A stretch of DNA of 64,000 bases, from positions 979 to 64,978 of the forward strand of contig CAJWSY010000003.1 in the NCBI GenBank assembly GCA_913045935.1, read 5' to 3'. This document shows, piece by piece, positions 19,258-29,438 of this stretch. Each line of letters starts with the position of its first letter. The first letter of the stretch is position 1. The stretch is from an uncultured Chloroflexota bacterium (GTDB taxonomy: Bacteria > Chloroflexota > Dehalococcoidia > Lucifugimonadales > GCA-002694895). The notes beneath the pieces were generated by a model. The model was not told where the DNA came from. It did no database searches and saw nothing but the letters and a program-made list of their open reading frames with translations. The translations under genes were made by a program, and so were the position numbers.

Positions 19258-20403
19258 ATGAATGATGAAATTTCAAAACAAATTATTAGTACAGTAAAAA
19301 ATTTTGTAAAACAAGATGTACATCCTGTAGTTAAAAATTTGGAAGAAAATGATATTTACCCTGAAGATTTAGCAAATAAAATGGCTGAATTAGGCCTTTT
19401 CGGTATTAATATTTCACAAAAATACGGTGGGTTGGGTTTATCTTACAAAAATCTAGCAGAAATTTTTACTGAACTTAGTAGAGGTTGGATGAGTCTAGCA
19501 GGAATATTAGGTACCCATACATTAGCTTGTTATATGATTGAAAATTATGGAACAGAATTTCAAAAACAACAATATTTACCAAAGCTATCTACAGGAGAAA
19601 TAAGGGCTGGCTTGGGATTAACTGAATCTCATTCTGGAAGTGATGTGCAAGGTATAAAAACTTTTGCTAAAAAAAAATCTGAAGGTTACCAAATTAATGG
19701 CTCAAAAATGTTTATCACTAACGGTTCAAAGGGTAATTTATTTATTCTTGTAGCAAAGACTAACTTAGAAATTAATCCTAAGTACAAAGGTATTTCATGT
19801 TTTCTTCTTGAAGATTCCGATCAAGGTTTTTCGGTAGGTAAAAAATTGGACAAGCTTGGTTACAGAGGTGTTGATACCTGTGAATTAATATTAGAAGATT
19901 GTGAAATCCCATTAAATAGATTATTAGGAGGAGAAGAAGGTGCAGGATTTCGTCAAGTAATGGACGGATTGGAAACAGGCAGAATTAATGTTGCAGCCAG
20001 ATCAGTAGGAGTTGCTAAAGAGGCTTTTAATTTATCTGTAGAATATACTAAACAAAGAGAAACTTTTGGAAAAAAAATTCAAGAACATCAAATGATTCAA
20101 TCAATCATTGCAACAATGGCAACGAAAATTGAAGCAGCAGATCTTTTGGTTAAAAAAGCTGCTAATTTAAAGGATCAAGGATTGAGAGTTGATTTGGAAT
20201 CTGGAATGGCAAAACTTTATTCTAGCGAAGTTTGTCAAGAAATATGCATGGATGCCATGAGAATACATGGCGGATATGGATACACCAAAGACTTGCCTAT
20301 AGAAAGATTTTACAGAGATGCACCTCTTATGATAATTGGAGAAGGAACAAATGAAATTATGAAATTGCTCATAGCAAAAAGAGTTTACGAAAATCATTAT
20401 TAA
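19258..20403 (+). CDS. Acyl-CoA dehydrogenase
   Basis: 381 aa. Motifs are GLTESHSGSD, RIHGGYGY and IGEGTNEI. Confidence 0.9.
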   Translation: MNDEISKQIISTVKNFVKQDVHPVVKNLEENDIYPEDLANKMAELGLFGINISQKYGGLGLSYKNLAEIFTELSRGWMSLAGILGTHTLACYMIENYGTEFQKQQYLPKLSTGEIRAGLGLTESHSGSDVQGIKTFAKKKSEGYQINGSKMFITNGSKGNLFILVAKTNLEINPKYKGISCFLLEDSDQGFSVGKKLDKLGYRGVDTCELILEDCEIPLNRLLGGEEGAGFRQVMDGLETGRINVAARSVGVAKEAFNLSVEYTKQRETFGKKIQEHQMIQSIIATMATKIEAADLLVKKAANLKDQGLRVDLESGMAKLYSSEVCQEICMDAMRIHGGYGYTKDLPIERFYRDAPLMIIGEGTNEIMKLLIAKRVYENHY

Positions 20404-20413
20404 AGGAAATATA

Positions 20414-20884
20414 ATGGAAATAGATGTATATGAATCTTATGGCAGATTTTATGAAGAATTCAGTGTGGGTATGAAATTTAAACATTGGCCTGGTAAGACA
20501 ATAACTCAATCGGACAATCATAATTTTTGTATGCTTACCATGAATCATAATCCATTACATATTGATGTTGAATATATGAAAAATCATCAACACAAAAAAC
20601 CACTTGTTGTTGGATTATTAACATTAAGTTTAATAGTAGGAATGACTGTTCAAGAGTTGTCTGGGAAAGCAATTGCTAATTTAGGTTATGAAAAAGTGAA
20701 ACATGAAGGTCCTGTTTTTGAAGGTGATACAATTCATGCTTTATCAGAAGTGATAGATATGAGAGAAAGTAAATCTAATCCAAATGCAGGTATAGTTAAA
20801 GTTCAGACATTGGGTTACAATCAAAACGACCAAAAAATATTAACCTTAATAAGAAATATTTATATTCCAAAGAAAATTAATTAA
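20414..20884 (+). CDS. MaoC-like (R)-specific enoyl-CoA hydratase/dehydratase (hot-dog fold)
   Basis: 156 aa with the motif NHNPLHID. It starts 10 nt after the acyl-CoA dehydrogenase. Confidence 0.8.
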   Translation: MEIDVYESYGRFYEEFSVGMKFKHWPGKTITQSDNHNFCMLTMNHNPLHIDVEYMKNHQHKKPLVVGLLTLSLIVGMTVQELSGKAIANLGYEKVKHEGPVFEGDTIHALSEVIDMRESKSNPNAGIVKVQTLGYNQNDQKILTLIRNIYIPKKIN

Positions 20885-20888
20885 AAGA

Positions 20889-22244
20889 ATGTCCAAAGAT
20901 TATAGTAAATATACGATATCATATAATTATGAGCAAAGACTTGCTAAATATGACATAGAGGGGTCTATTGCCCATTCTAAGATGTTGTCGAAACAAAATA
21001 TAATTACTGAAAAAGAATTTGCAATAATACAAAAAGGCCTTTTAACTGTTCTAAGTGAAATTGATAATCAACAATTCATATGGAAACCCGAATTAGAGGA
21101 TATTCATATGAATATTGAATTTAGACTTACAGAATTAATAGGCGAAGTTGGATCTAAATTACATACCGCAAGATCAAGAAATGATCAGATTTCTTTAGAC
21201 ATGAGAATGTATATTAAAGATTTAAATATACTAGCTATTAATAAACTGATTTTATTGATTAACAAATTAGTTGAAGTATCAGAAGAAAATTCAGATATTA
21301 TTATGCCAGGCTACACACATTTACAAAGAGCGCAACCAATTTTGTTATCTCATCATCTTCTAGCTTATGCAGAAATGTTTTTGAGAGATATAGACAGATA
21401 TTTAGATTCTTATAAAAGAGCTGACGTTATGCCATTAGGGAGCGGTGCTCTTGCTGGGTTACCTTACGATCTAGATAGAGAATTTGTTGCCAAAGAATTA
21501 GGATTTAGTTCACTATCTAATAACAGTATTGATACAGTGTCTGATAGAGATTTTATTTTGGATTATAGCTATGCATCATCTACAACAATGATGCATATTT
21601 CAAGATTTTCTGAAGAAATAATAATATGGTCATCTGAAGAATTTGGTTTTACTAATTTGGGGAAACAATTTACGACATGGAGCAGCATAATGCCACAAAA
21701 AAGAAATCCAGATTTTGCAGAATTAGCAAGAGGTAAAACTGGAAGAGTTTATGGAGATTTATTCAGATTATTTACAATATTAAAAGGCTTGCCATTAGCT
21801 TACAACAGAGACATGCAAGAAGATAAAGAAGGATTTTTTGACATAGCTGACACTTTAAATTTAACACTTGAAATCTTTTCAGATATGATTGGATCATTAA
21901 CATTTAATAAATCTAAAATGCTAAAAGCGGTTGAAAATAGCTATGTCCTTGCAACAGACATTGCTGATTATCTTGTTTCAAAATCTGTTCCTTTTAGACA
22001 GGCTCATAAAATTGTTTCAGAAATGACTGATTTTTGTATAAAAGAAAAAAAATATTTTTCTGAATTAGAATTAAAAGATTACAAATCCTTTTCCGAAAAA
22101 TTTGACAAAGATATATTTGATATTACCCCTTTATATTCTGTCAATAAAAGAGATACTTATGGTGGCACATCTGAAAATCAAATTAAAAATAACATTGCTA
22201 ACATCAAATCTAGGATTAAGTTGATTGAAAAACAAATCATTTAA
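20889..22244 (+). CDS. argH: Argininosuccinate lyase
   Basis: 451 aa. The fumarate-lyase signature is in WSSIMPQKRNPDFAE, and GYTHLQRAQP is present. Confidence 0.95.
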   Translation: MSKDYSKYTISYNYEQRLAKYDIEGSIAHSKMLSKQNIITEKEFAIIQKGLLTVLSEIDNQQFIWKPELEDIHMNIEFRLTELIGEVGSKLHTARSRNDQISLDMRMYIKDLNILAINKLILLINKLVEVSEENSDIIMPGYTHLQRAQPILLSHHLLAYAEMFLRDIDRYLDSYKRADVMPLGSGALAGLPYDLDREFVAKELGFSSLSNNSIDTVSDRDFILDYSYASSTTMMHISRFSEEIIIWSSEEFGFTNLGKQFTTWSSIMPQKRNPDFAELARGKTGRVYGDLFRLFTILKGLPLAYNRDMQEDKEGFFDIADTLNLTLEIFSDMIGSLTFNKSKMLKAVENSYVLATDIADYLVSKSVPFRQAHKIVSEMTDFCIKEKKYFSELELKDYKSFSEKFDKDIFDITPLYSVNKRDTYGGTSENQIKNNIANIKSRIKLIEKQII

Positions 22245-22890
22245 AATAGCACCGTCTATACTTGCAGCAGATCTTTTGAATTTAGAAAAAGAAGTTATAC
22301 AAGCACAAAAATTTGGAGCTTACAGAATATCGGTTGATGTAATGGATGGTAATTTTGTACCAGATATTACCTTCGGACCAAACCTTGTTTCTCAACTCAA
22401 AAAAATTTTAGATATTGATATTGAAGTTCATTTAATGGTAAATAATCCTGAATCAAAAATAAATTCCTTTAATCAAGCTGGAGCAGATGTTTTAACTTTT
22501 CATTACGAATCTGTAAATGATTCTATTGAAAAAACAATTACAGAAATTAAAAATTTAAATTGTAGAGTAGGATTAGCTATTAATCCAGACACAGAAGTTG
22601 ATGAAATCCAAAAATATTTACCTGATTTAGATGAAGTAACTGTTATGACAGTAGTACCAGGTAAGGGGGGGCAAAAACTTATTCAATCTTGCTTGTTAAA
22701 AGTAGAAAAACTTGTGGAAATCAGAACGAAATTAAACTTGAATTATTTAATACAAATAGATGGTGGAGTGAAAAAAGAAAATATTCAATCGGTAATTAAA
22801 TCCGGAGCTGATATAGCAGTTGCAGGTACATCAGTTTTCAATAATGAAAGTGTAGAATATAATATGAAATCGTTACTTAATAGTTTATAG
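22225..22890 (+). CDS. rpe: Ribulose-phosphate 3-epimerase
   Basis: 221 aa. Motifs are KIAPSILAADLLNL and DVMDGNFVP. The TTG start overlaps the end of argH by 20 nt. Confidence 0.9.
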   Translation: MKNKSFKIAPSILAADLLNLEKEVIQAQKFGAYRISVDVMDGNFVPDITFGPNLVSQLKKILDIDIEVHLMVNNPESKINSFNQAGADVLTFHYESVNDSIEKTITEIKNLNCRVGLAINPDTEVDEIQKYLPDLDEVTVMTVVPGKGGQKLIQSCLLKVEKLVEIRTKLNLNYLIQIDGGVKKENIQSVIKSGADIAVAGTSVFNNESVEYNMKSLLNSL

Positions 22891-22899
22891 GGTGAAATA

Positions 22900-23901
22900 T
22901 TGATTATTTTAGGCATCGAATCCTCTTGTGATGATAGTGGAGTTGCAGTACTCGAAAATGGCAATAATCTAATACACAATAAAATTCATTCACAAACTGA
23001 AATACACGCGAGTTTTGGTGGAATTGTTCCAGAAGTTGCAGCACGACAACATATTATTTCTTTTGGCAATTTAATTCAAGAAATTAAGAATAATAATTTA
23101 CTAGACAATATTGATTATGTTGCTGTCACAAAAGGTCCTGGACTTGCAGGATCATTATTAGTAGGTGTGAATTATGCTAAATCTTTAGCATATTCATTAG
23201 ATGTCCCTGTTATTGGTGTTAATCATTTATCTGGCCATATATACGCTGCTTGGATTGATCATCAAAATGAAATCAAATTTCCTGTCATAGCTTTATTGGT
23301 ATCAGGTGGCCATACTGAGTTGGTATTAATGAAATCAAACACTGAGAAAATTTTATTGGGACAAACTAGAGATGATGCCGCAGGAGAAGTATTTGACAAA
23401 GTTGCAAGATATATGGATTTAGGTTTCCCTGGTGGTCCTGAAATAGATAATAGAGCTAAATTATCAAAATTAAAATCCAGAAACCTTCCAGTTACTAACA
23501 TTAAAGATAGTCTGGATTTTAGCTTTAGTGGAATTAAGACTTCAGCAATAAAATATATATCAAGATTAATTGAAGAAAATGGAAAACTTTCGGAGGATCT
23601 GATTAATGATGTTTGTTATAACTTTCAAGACACAGTTGTTCAACAATTAATTCTTAAATTAGAATTAGCTGTAAATTTATATAAACCTAATAATATAATT
23701 GTTTGTGGCGGTGTAGCCGCTAATTCGCATTTACGAAGTAGAATAATAGAAGAATTTCCAATTCCTGTAATAATACCTACACCCAAATTATGTACGGATA
23801 ATGGCGCAATGATTGCAGCAGCAGCCTTTCATGAAGGGCTTGTTTCTAATAAATCAGAGTTAGATTTAGATGTATTTCCATCTCTTAGATTAGTAGATTG
23901 A
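22900..23901 (+). CDS. tsaD: tRNA N6-adenosine threonylcarbamoyltransferase
   Basis: 333 aa with a TTG start. Motifs are ILGIESSCDDSGVAV, NHLSGHIYA and LVSGGHTE. Confidence 0.95.
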   Translation: MIILGIESSCDDSGVAVLENGNNLIHNKIHSQTEIHASFGGIVPEVAARQHIISFGNLIQEIKNNNLLDNIDYVAVTKGPGLAGSLLVGVNYAKSLAYSLDVPVIGVNHLSGHIYAAWIDHQNEIKFPVIALLVSGGHTELVLMKSNTEKILLGQTRDDAAGEVFDKVARYMDLGFPGGPEIDNRAKLSKLKSRNLPVTNIKDSLDFSFSGIKTSAIKYISRLIEENGKLSEDLINDVCYNFQDTVVQQLILKLELAVNLYKPNNIIVCGGVAANSHLRSRIIEEFPIPVIIPTPKLCTDNGAMIAAAAFHEGLVSNKSELDLDVFPSLRLVD

Positions 23902-23907
23902 TATATT

Positions 23908-24366
23908 TCACTCAGAAATTTTTTCAATTAGTTTATTGTAAAACAAATTATTTTTAGAAAAATTTAGTTTTATTTTGTCGCTTGAATTTATAGATAAACT
24001 TATATTATCTATAAAAAATAATTGATTTATTAATATAATCAACCCAAAAACAAAAGAAGAAAGAGCTAATATAGTATTTATAATTTCATTTTCTAATAGA
24101 TTCATTAAAGGAAAATAAGATATAAACCCTAAAATAGAAAGAATTAATTTAGAGGTGTTAAATCCTTTACTTATTTTTATATTTTTTATGTCATCTATTA
24201 ATAGGATTTGATATTCCCATTTAAAATTAGATTGAATTCTTTTGATAATCCTTTTAGTCGTGATTATTACATAATCATCGGAATTATATTTCAATGAATT
24301 GAATTCTTGTTCTTTTATTAAGTCATATCCAAGTATGAATTTTTCGTCTTCAAAAATGTTAATCAT
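23908..24366 (-). CDS. Hypothetical membrane protein (PH-like N-terminus plus two helices)
   Basis: 152-aa ORF. YVIITTKRIIKR resembles bacterial PH-domain strands and is followed by two hydrophobic segments. No confident family. Confidence 0.4.
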   Translation of the reverse strand: MINIFEDEKFILGYDLIKEQEFNSLKYNSDDYVIITTKRIIKRIQSNFKWEYQILLIDDIKNIKISKGFNTSKLILSILGFISYFPLMNLLENEIINTILALSSFVFGLIILINQLFFIDNISLSINSSDKIKLNFSKNNLFYNKLIEKISE

Positions 24367-24370
24367 AAAT

Positions 24371-25318
24371 TTATAGATTTGCTAAATATCTTTCTGTGTC
24401 TATTGCAGCCATGCAACCGCTTCCTGCTGCTGTAATTGCTTGTCTGTATTCCCAGTCTTGGACATCTCCGCAAGCAAAAACTCCCGGGATGTTAGTTTTA
24501 GTTCCTTCTTCAGTTAAAATATATCCGTTTTCATTTAAATTAAGATAATTTTTAAAAAGAGACGTATTTGGGATATGTCCGATAGCAATAAACACAGCGT
24601 CTATATTCATATTATTCGTTTTATCTGTTTTATTATTTTTAAGAACTACATCTGTTACTTTATTTTCATTGGGATTATTGATCTTTATCACTTCGCAATT
24701 TAATATAAATTCAATTTTTTCATTTGATTTTGCCCTGTCTAACATAATTTGTGACGCTCTGAATTCTTCTCTTCTGTGGATAATATATACTTTTTTAGCA
24801 AATTTTGTTAAAAATAGAGCTTCTTCCATCGCAGAATCTCCGCCTCCAACAACAATAACATCCTGATCCCTAAAGAAAAAACCATCACATGTTGCACAGG
24901 TTGACACCCCTTTACCGATTAAAAGGGATTCTTCTTTCAATCCTAGCATTTTTGCTGATGCTCCTGTTGAGATAATTACGGATTTTGAATTAATAATGGT
25001 ATTATTATCTAAAAATAATTTGAAGTTTTTTGTACTGAAATCAACTTCTTTCACTTCTCCTGTAATGATTTCGGCACCGAATTTTTCAGATTGTTCTCTA
25101 AATTTATTCATTAAATCAGGTCCCATAACTCCATCAGGAAATCCGGGGAAATTTTCTACATCTGTTGTAAGAGTCAATTGACCTCCAGGAGGGAAACCTT
25201 CAATTACCATAGGATTTAGATTACCTCTTGCAGCGTACAATGCTGCGGTAAGACCTGCGGGTCCAGAACCAATGATAGTTAGTTGCTTGTCGATTTGTTT
25301 ATCTATTGAATTATCCAT
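24371..25318 (-). CDS. trxB: Thioredoxin-disulfide reductase
   Basis: 315 aa. It has the FAD motif GSGPAGLTAALYAAR, the redox-active CATCDG and the NADPH motif GGGDSAMEEA. Confidence 0.95.
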   Translation of the reverse strand: MDNSIDKQIDKQLTIIGSGPAGLTAALYAARGNLNPMVIEGFPPGGQLTLTTDVENFPGFPDGVMGPDLMNKFREQSEKFGAEIITGEVKEVDFSTKNFKLFLDNNTIINSKSVIISTGASAKMLGLKEESLLIGKGVSTCATCDGFFFRDQDVIVVGGGDSAMEEALFLTKFAKKVYIIHRREEFRASQIMLDRAKSNEKIEFILNCEVIKINNPNENKVTDVVLKNNKTDKTNNMNIDAVFIAIGHIPNTSLFKNYLNLNENGYILTEEGTKTNIPGVFACGDVQDWEYRQAITAAGSGCMAAIDTERYLANL

Positions 25319-25405
25319 TTATTGTATTACTATAATTATTAAAATCTTTTATATGTTACTTATATTTATGTAAAATTTAAACTGATAATTAATTCAAAAA
25401 GTTAT

Positions 25406-26023
25406 ATGGCAAATTTGATTTATAAATTGCGACTGAAATTATTTTCAATAATTTATCCTTTTATTGATGACATATCTTCGTATAAAAACCAATTTTTTAG
25501 AGATTACATAACAAAAAACACCCATGGAGTAATTTTAGAGATCGGTTCTGGAAATGGAGCTAATATAAATTACTATAAGAAATATAAAAAATTAATTCTT
25601 TTAGATAAAAATATTCATTTATTAAAAAAGACACAACTCTTGTGTAATCATAATGTTATTTTGGCGGATTCAAGTCACCTACCATTTAAAGAAACTATAT
25701 TTGATAATATAGTTTCATCTCTTGTTTTGTGTTCAGTCATTGACAAACAAAAAACTATTAGAGAAATGAATCGAGTTTTAAAACCTGCAGGAAAATATTT
25801 TTTTTGGGAACATTCTATATCTAAAAATAAATTTATATATCACATGAAAACATATATTATTTTTATATGGAAATTTTTAACAGGTGGCTGTGATTACAAT
25901 AGTGACAATCACAAACTAATCAAATCAATACTTTGGGGCAAATCAAAGATCTATATTAAGAAATCAATTTTAGTTAAATTTTTAGGAATGACTTACATTT
26001 ACGGAGTTGTTTTGAAAGACTGA
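25406..26023 (+). CDS. Class I SAM-dependent methyltransferase
   Basis: 205 aa. SAM motif I reads ILEIGSGNGAN, and LKPAGKYFFWEH is present. Confidence 0.7.
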   Translation: MANLIYKLRLKLFSIIYPFIDDISSYKNQFFRDYITKNTHGVILEIGSGNGANINYYKKYKKLILLDKNIHLLKKTQLLCNHNVILADSSHLPFKETIFDNIVSSLVLCSVIDKQKTIREMNRVLKPAGKYFFWEHSISKNKFIYHMKTYIIFIWKFLTGGCDYNSDNHKLIKSILWGKSKIYIKKSILVKFLGMTYIYGVVLKD

Positions 26024-26026
26024 ATT

Positions 26027-26974
26027 TTATTTTGAAATTTCTAATAATTTATTTTTGTCTATATTTCCGCCGCACAATATGAATATAGGGTTTGAATTTT
26101 TTGGTAATTTGAATTTGTTAAAAATTATAGGAGCAAGTGATGCTGCAGATGACGGTTCTATAAATAATTTTGTTCTTTCAAATATTAACCACATAGTTTC
26201 AATTATTTCTTTGTCAGATACTGTGATTAATTCATCTAAATATTTATTAACTATCTGATAATTTCTTTCACCTATAAAAGGTGCAGACAGTCCGTCTGCT
26301 ATAGTATTTATAGATTTCAAGGTAATTGCTTTACCTTTTTTTAAACTTTGTTCCATACCATTTGCGCCTTTTGGTTCAACTCCAATAATTTTAATTTTCG
26401 GATTGAATTCTTTGAGTGCAACACAAATTCCTGATATTAAGCCCCCTCCTCCGATACCTGTGAATACATGGTCAACTTGTGGTAAATCTTTTGTTATTTC
26501 CATTCCTAATGTCCCTTGTCCTGCAATGACAAAATCATCATCAAAAGGATGTATAAAATAAGCATTTGTTTTTTCTTGAATTTCTTTAACTTTTTCAAGT
26601 AAATTGTCATCTGTTACTATTACATTTGCACCATAATTTTTCGTTGCTTCTATTTTTGATTTTGTGGAATATTTAGGCATAACTACCGTACTAGAAATTT
26701 GGTTTATTTTTGCGCCGTAAGCAACAGCTTGAGCATGATTTCCTGAAGACATACTCACAATTCCATTTTTTTTAAGATCTTTAATATTTAGATTACTGAT
26801 TTTATTTAAAACACCTCTTATTTTAAAGGAGCCTGTTTTTTGAAATAGTTCTTGTTTAAAATATATATTTGAGTTGTATTTTTCTGATAAAAAGCTTGAC
26901 GTAGATATAGGTGTTCTGTGTATATTACTACCAATTACTCTAAGAGCTTTATTTATATCATTAGAATTTATCAT
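26027..26974 (-). CDS. PLP-dependent threonine/serine dehydratase-like enzyme
   Basis: 315 aa, fold type II. Motifs are SFKIRGVLNK (PLP lysine), SSGNHAQAVAYGA and GIGGGGLISG. Confidence 0.8.
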   Translation of the reverse strand: MINSNDINKALRVIGSNIHRTPISTSSFLSEKYNSNIYFKQELFQKTGSFKIRGVLNKISNLNIKDLKKNGIVSMSSGNHAQAVAYGAKINQISSTVVMPKYSTKSKIEATKNYGANVIVTDDNLLEKVKEIQEKTNAYFIHPFDDDFVIAGQGTLGMEITKDLPQVDHVFTGIGGGGLISGICVALKEFNPKIKIIGVEPKGANGMEQSLKKGKAITLKSINTIADGLSAPFIGERNYQIVNKYLDELITVSDKEIIETMWLIFERTKLFIEPSSAASLAPIIFNKFKLPKNSNPIFILCGGNIDKNKLLEISK

Positions 26975-27006
26975 GTTAAATTTTAATTAAACTAAAGGAT
27001 TAAAAA

Positions 27007-28644
27007 ATGAAATATACTAATTATCCACCATCTACTAGGCCAACTGCAATGGGTTTTAATGGTATGGCTGCATCTGCACATCCTTATGCTAGTATGGCAG
27101 GAATCAATATTTTAAAAAAAGGTGGGAATGCATTTGATGCAATAGTTGCAATAGCATCAACGTTAAACGTTGTAGAACCTTTCATGTCTGGTATGGGAGG
27201 AGTTGGCGTTGCATTAGTTTACAATTCTAAAGAAAAGAAATTACGTTCACTTAATTTTTCTGGATCAGCGCCTAAATTAGCTGATCCAGAAAAATATACT
27301 GAAGAAGCTAAAAATATAGGGCCTTGGGCACCATTGGTACCTGGAAATGTTGCAGGATGGTTAGAAATTCAAGAAACGTTAGGAAATCTAGAAAGAAAAG
27401 AAGTATTTGAAGAAGCTATAAATTATGCTAAGAATGGATTTCCAATGACACATTTTCATTACACAATGTTTGGTAATTCTGTTGATAGACTAAATAAATT
27501 TCCTTCTGGTGAAATAATATTAAATTCAGGAAAAGTTTCTCCTCCTGGATCTAGGATAAAAATGCCTGAATTAGCAAATTCATTACAGTTGGTTGCAAAT
27601 AAAGGTGCCGATGAGTTTTACAGAGGAAGTATAGCAAAAAAAATAGTTGACTCAATGAAATTATATGGAGGTTTAATTAACGAAGAAGATTTAGATGCTG
27701 TAAAAGCCGAATGGACTGATCCTTTGACAGTCAAATATAAAGATTTTGAAGTTTCTACAGTACCCCCAAATAGTAGTGGATTTCAAATTCTTGAAACTCT
27801 TAAAATTTTAGAAACCCTACCACCTGAAAAAATCAAGTTCCAGGATTCTGATTTTGTTCATACTTTTATAGAAACTGCAAAATTGGCTGCCACTGACAGA
27901 ATTGCATATGGGGGAGATCAATCACTTGGCTTAACTCCAACAGATAAATTGTTATCATCAGATTACGCAAATTATCAATCTAGTAGAATTTCACTAGATA
28001 AAGCTAATTTGTTAGCTGGAGAAGTTTTTAATCCCGATGCTCCTCAAGGTTCTTTGACAGCCGTAGACCTTGATGCATATGATGGTGGAATGACCACACA
28101 TTTTTCAGTTGCAGATAAAGATGGAAATGTAGTATCGATTACTCAAACACTTGGGGGTGGATTTGGATCAGCCCTTGCCCCTGAAGGCACAGGAATATTT
28201 CTTAATAATATGGGAGATTGGTTTGATTTACACGATGGAAGTCGAAATCAAATTGGACCAAACAGAAAGCAGGATATGTGCCTAAGCCCAACACAAACAT
28301 TTAAAAATGGAGAATTTTATGCAAGCGTTGGAACACCCGGAAGTTGGGGGATTTTGCAAACAACATCTCAAATGTTAATTAATTTATTGGATTTTGAAAT
28401 GAATATGCAACAAGTTATTGATTCACCAAGATTTAAAGCTATTGGAGGTAATAGAGTAGAAATGGAATCAAGATTTCCTGTTTCATTAATTGAAAATTTG
28501 AAAGCAAGAGGTCATGAAATAGTAAATCTACCTGATTGGTCACCTAGTGTTGGTGGAGGGCATGGAATAAAATTTGACAAAGAAACAGGATCTTATCAAG
28601 GTGGAGCCGACCCAAGGCGTGACGGATATGCTTTTGGTAACTGA
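27007..28644 (+). CDS. ggt: Gamma-glutamyltransferase (copy 2)
   Basis: 545 aa. It carries DGGMTTHFSVADKDGN (nucleophile Thr) and the C-terminal GGADPRRDG. Confidence 0.9.
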   Translation: MKYTNYPPSTRPTAMGFNGMAASAHPYASMAGINILKKGGNAFDAIVAIASTLNVVEPFMSGMGGVGVALVYNSKEKKLRSLNFSGSAPKLADPEKYTEEAKNIGPWAPLVPGNVAGWLEIQETLGNLERKEVFEEAINYAKNGFPMTHFHYTMFGNSVDRLNKFPSGEIILNSGKVSPPGSRIKMPELANSLQLVANKGADEFYRGSIAKKIVDSMKLYGGLINEEDLDAVKAEWTDPLTVKYKDFEVSTVPPNSSGFQILETLKILETLPPEKIKFQDSDFVHTFIETAKLAATDRIAYGGDQSLGLTPTDKLLSSDYANYQSSRISLDKANLLAGEVFNPDAPQGSLTAVDLDAYDGGMTTHFSVADKDGNVVSITQTLGGGFGSALAPEGTGIFLNNMGDWFDLHDGSRNQIGPNRKQDMCLSPTQTFKNGEFYASVGTPGSWGILQTTSQMLINLLDFEMNMQQVIDSPRFKAIGGNRVEMESRFPVSLIENLKARGHEIVNLPDWSPSVGGGHGIKFDKETGSYQGGADPRRDGYAFGN

Positions 28645-28658
28645 TATTCTATTTTTAA

Positions 28659-29417
28659 TTATTCAGGCATTATTATTTCTGAATTTACATTTCTCATTTT
28701 ATTTGGCATTATTACCATAGAATGAATTGAAGTACTCTCGGATAAAGATGCTAGAGAAAAAATTGTTTCAGCTACGTCTACGCTTTTTGCCATTGATTTT
28801 CGTCCCTCCTCAGAAGGAACTACAGGTCTTTGATCCATAATTGGAGTATCTACTTCACCTGGCATAATTGCAGTTGCTTTAACCATAGTATTTTTTAGTT
28901 CGATATTTAAGTATTCTGTAAAATTAATAACAGCAGCTTTTGCTGCTCCATATGATAATCCTGCAATTGGGCTCCCTGATAATCCTGCTACTGAAGATAT
29001 ATTTATTATTAAGCCATTATTGTGTGATTTCATATTTTTTAAGACAGCCTGGGTAAACAAGACTGTACCAACAAGATTGGAATTAAATACATTTACAATA
29101 TCTTCTAACTCAGTATTTTGAGTATTCCGATTTTTAGAACTATGCCCTGCATTGTTCATTAGGATGTCTATTTTTCGATGTTTTTTGATAACATCCTCAA
29201 CTGTTTTTTCTACAAAAACAGGGTCTGCGACATCCCCTACATAGTAAGTACAATTACCATTGTTTTGTTTGATATTTTTTGATACCTCTATTAATTTAGA
29301 TTCAGTTCTTCCAGTAATAATGATATTATCTCCATTGTTAGCAAATTTTATGGCAGTTTCCATTCCTATTCCACTACCACCACCTGTTATTATTATATTT
29401 CTATTAGTTTTAGCCAT
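28659..29417 (-). CDS. Short-chain dehydrogenase/reductase
   Basis: 252 aa. Motifs are TGGGSGIG, NNAG and YGAAK. Confidence 0.85.
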   Translation of the reverse strand: MAKTNRNIIITGGGSGIGMETAIKFANNGDNIIITGRTESKLIEVSKNIKQNNGNCTYYVGDVADPVFVEKTVEDVIKKHRKIDILMNNAGHSSKNRNTQNTELEDIVNVFNSNLVGTVLFTQAVLKNMKSHNNGLIINISSVAGLSGSPIAGLSYGAAKAAVINFTEYLNIELKNTMVKATAIMPGEVDTPIMDQRPVVPSEEGRKSMAKSVDVAETIFSLASLSESTSIHSMVIMPNKMRNVNSEIIMPE

Positions 29418-29438
29418 GATTTCTCCTTAAGAATTAGA

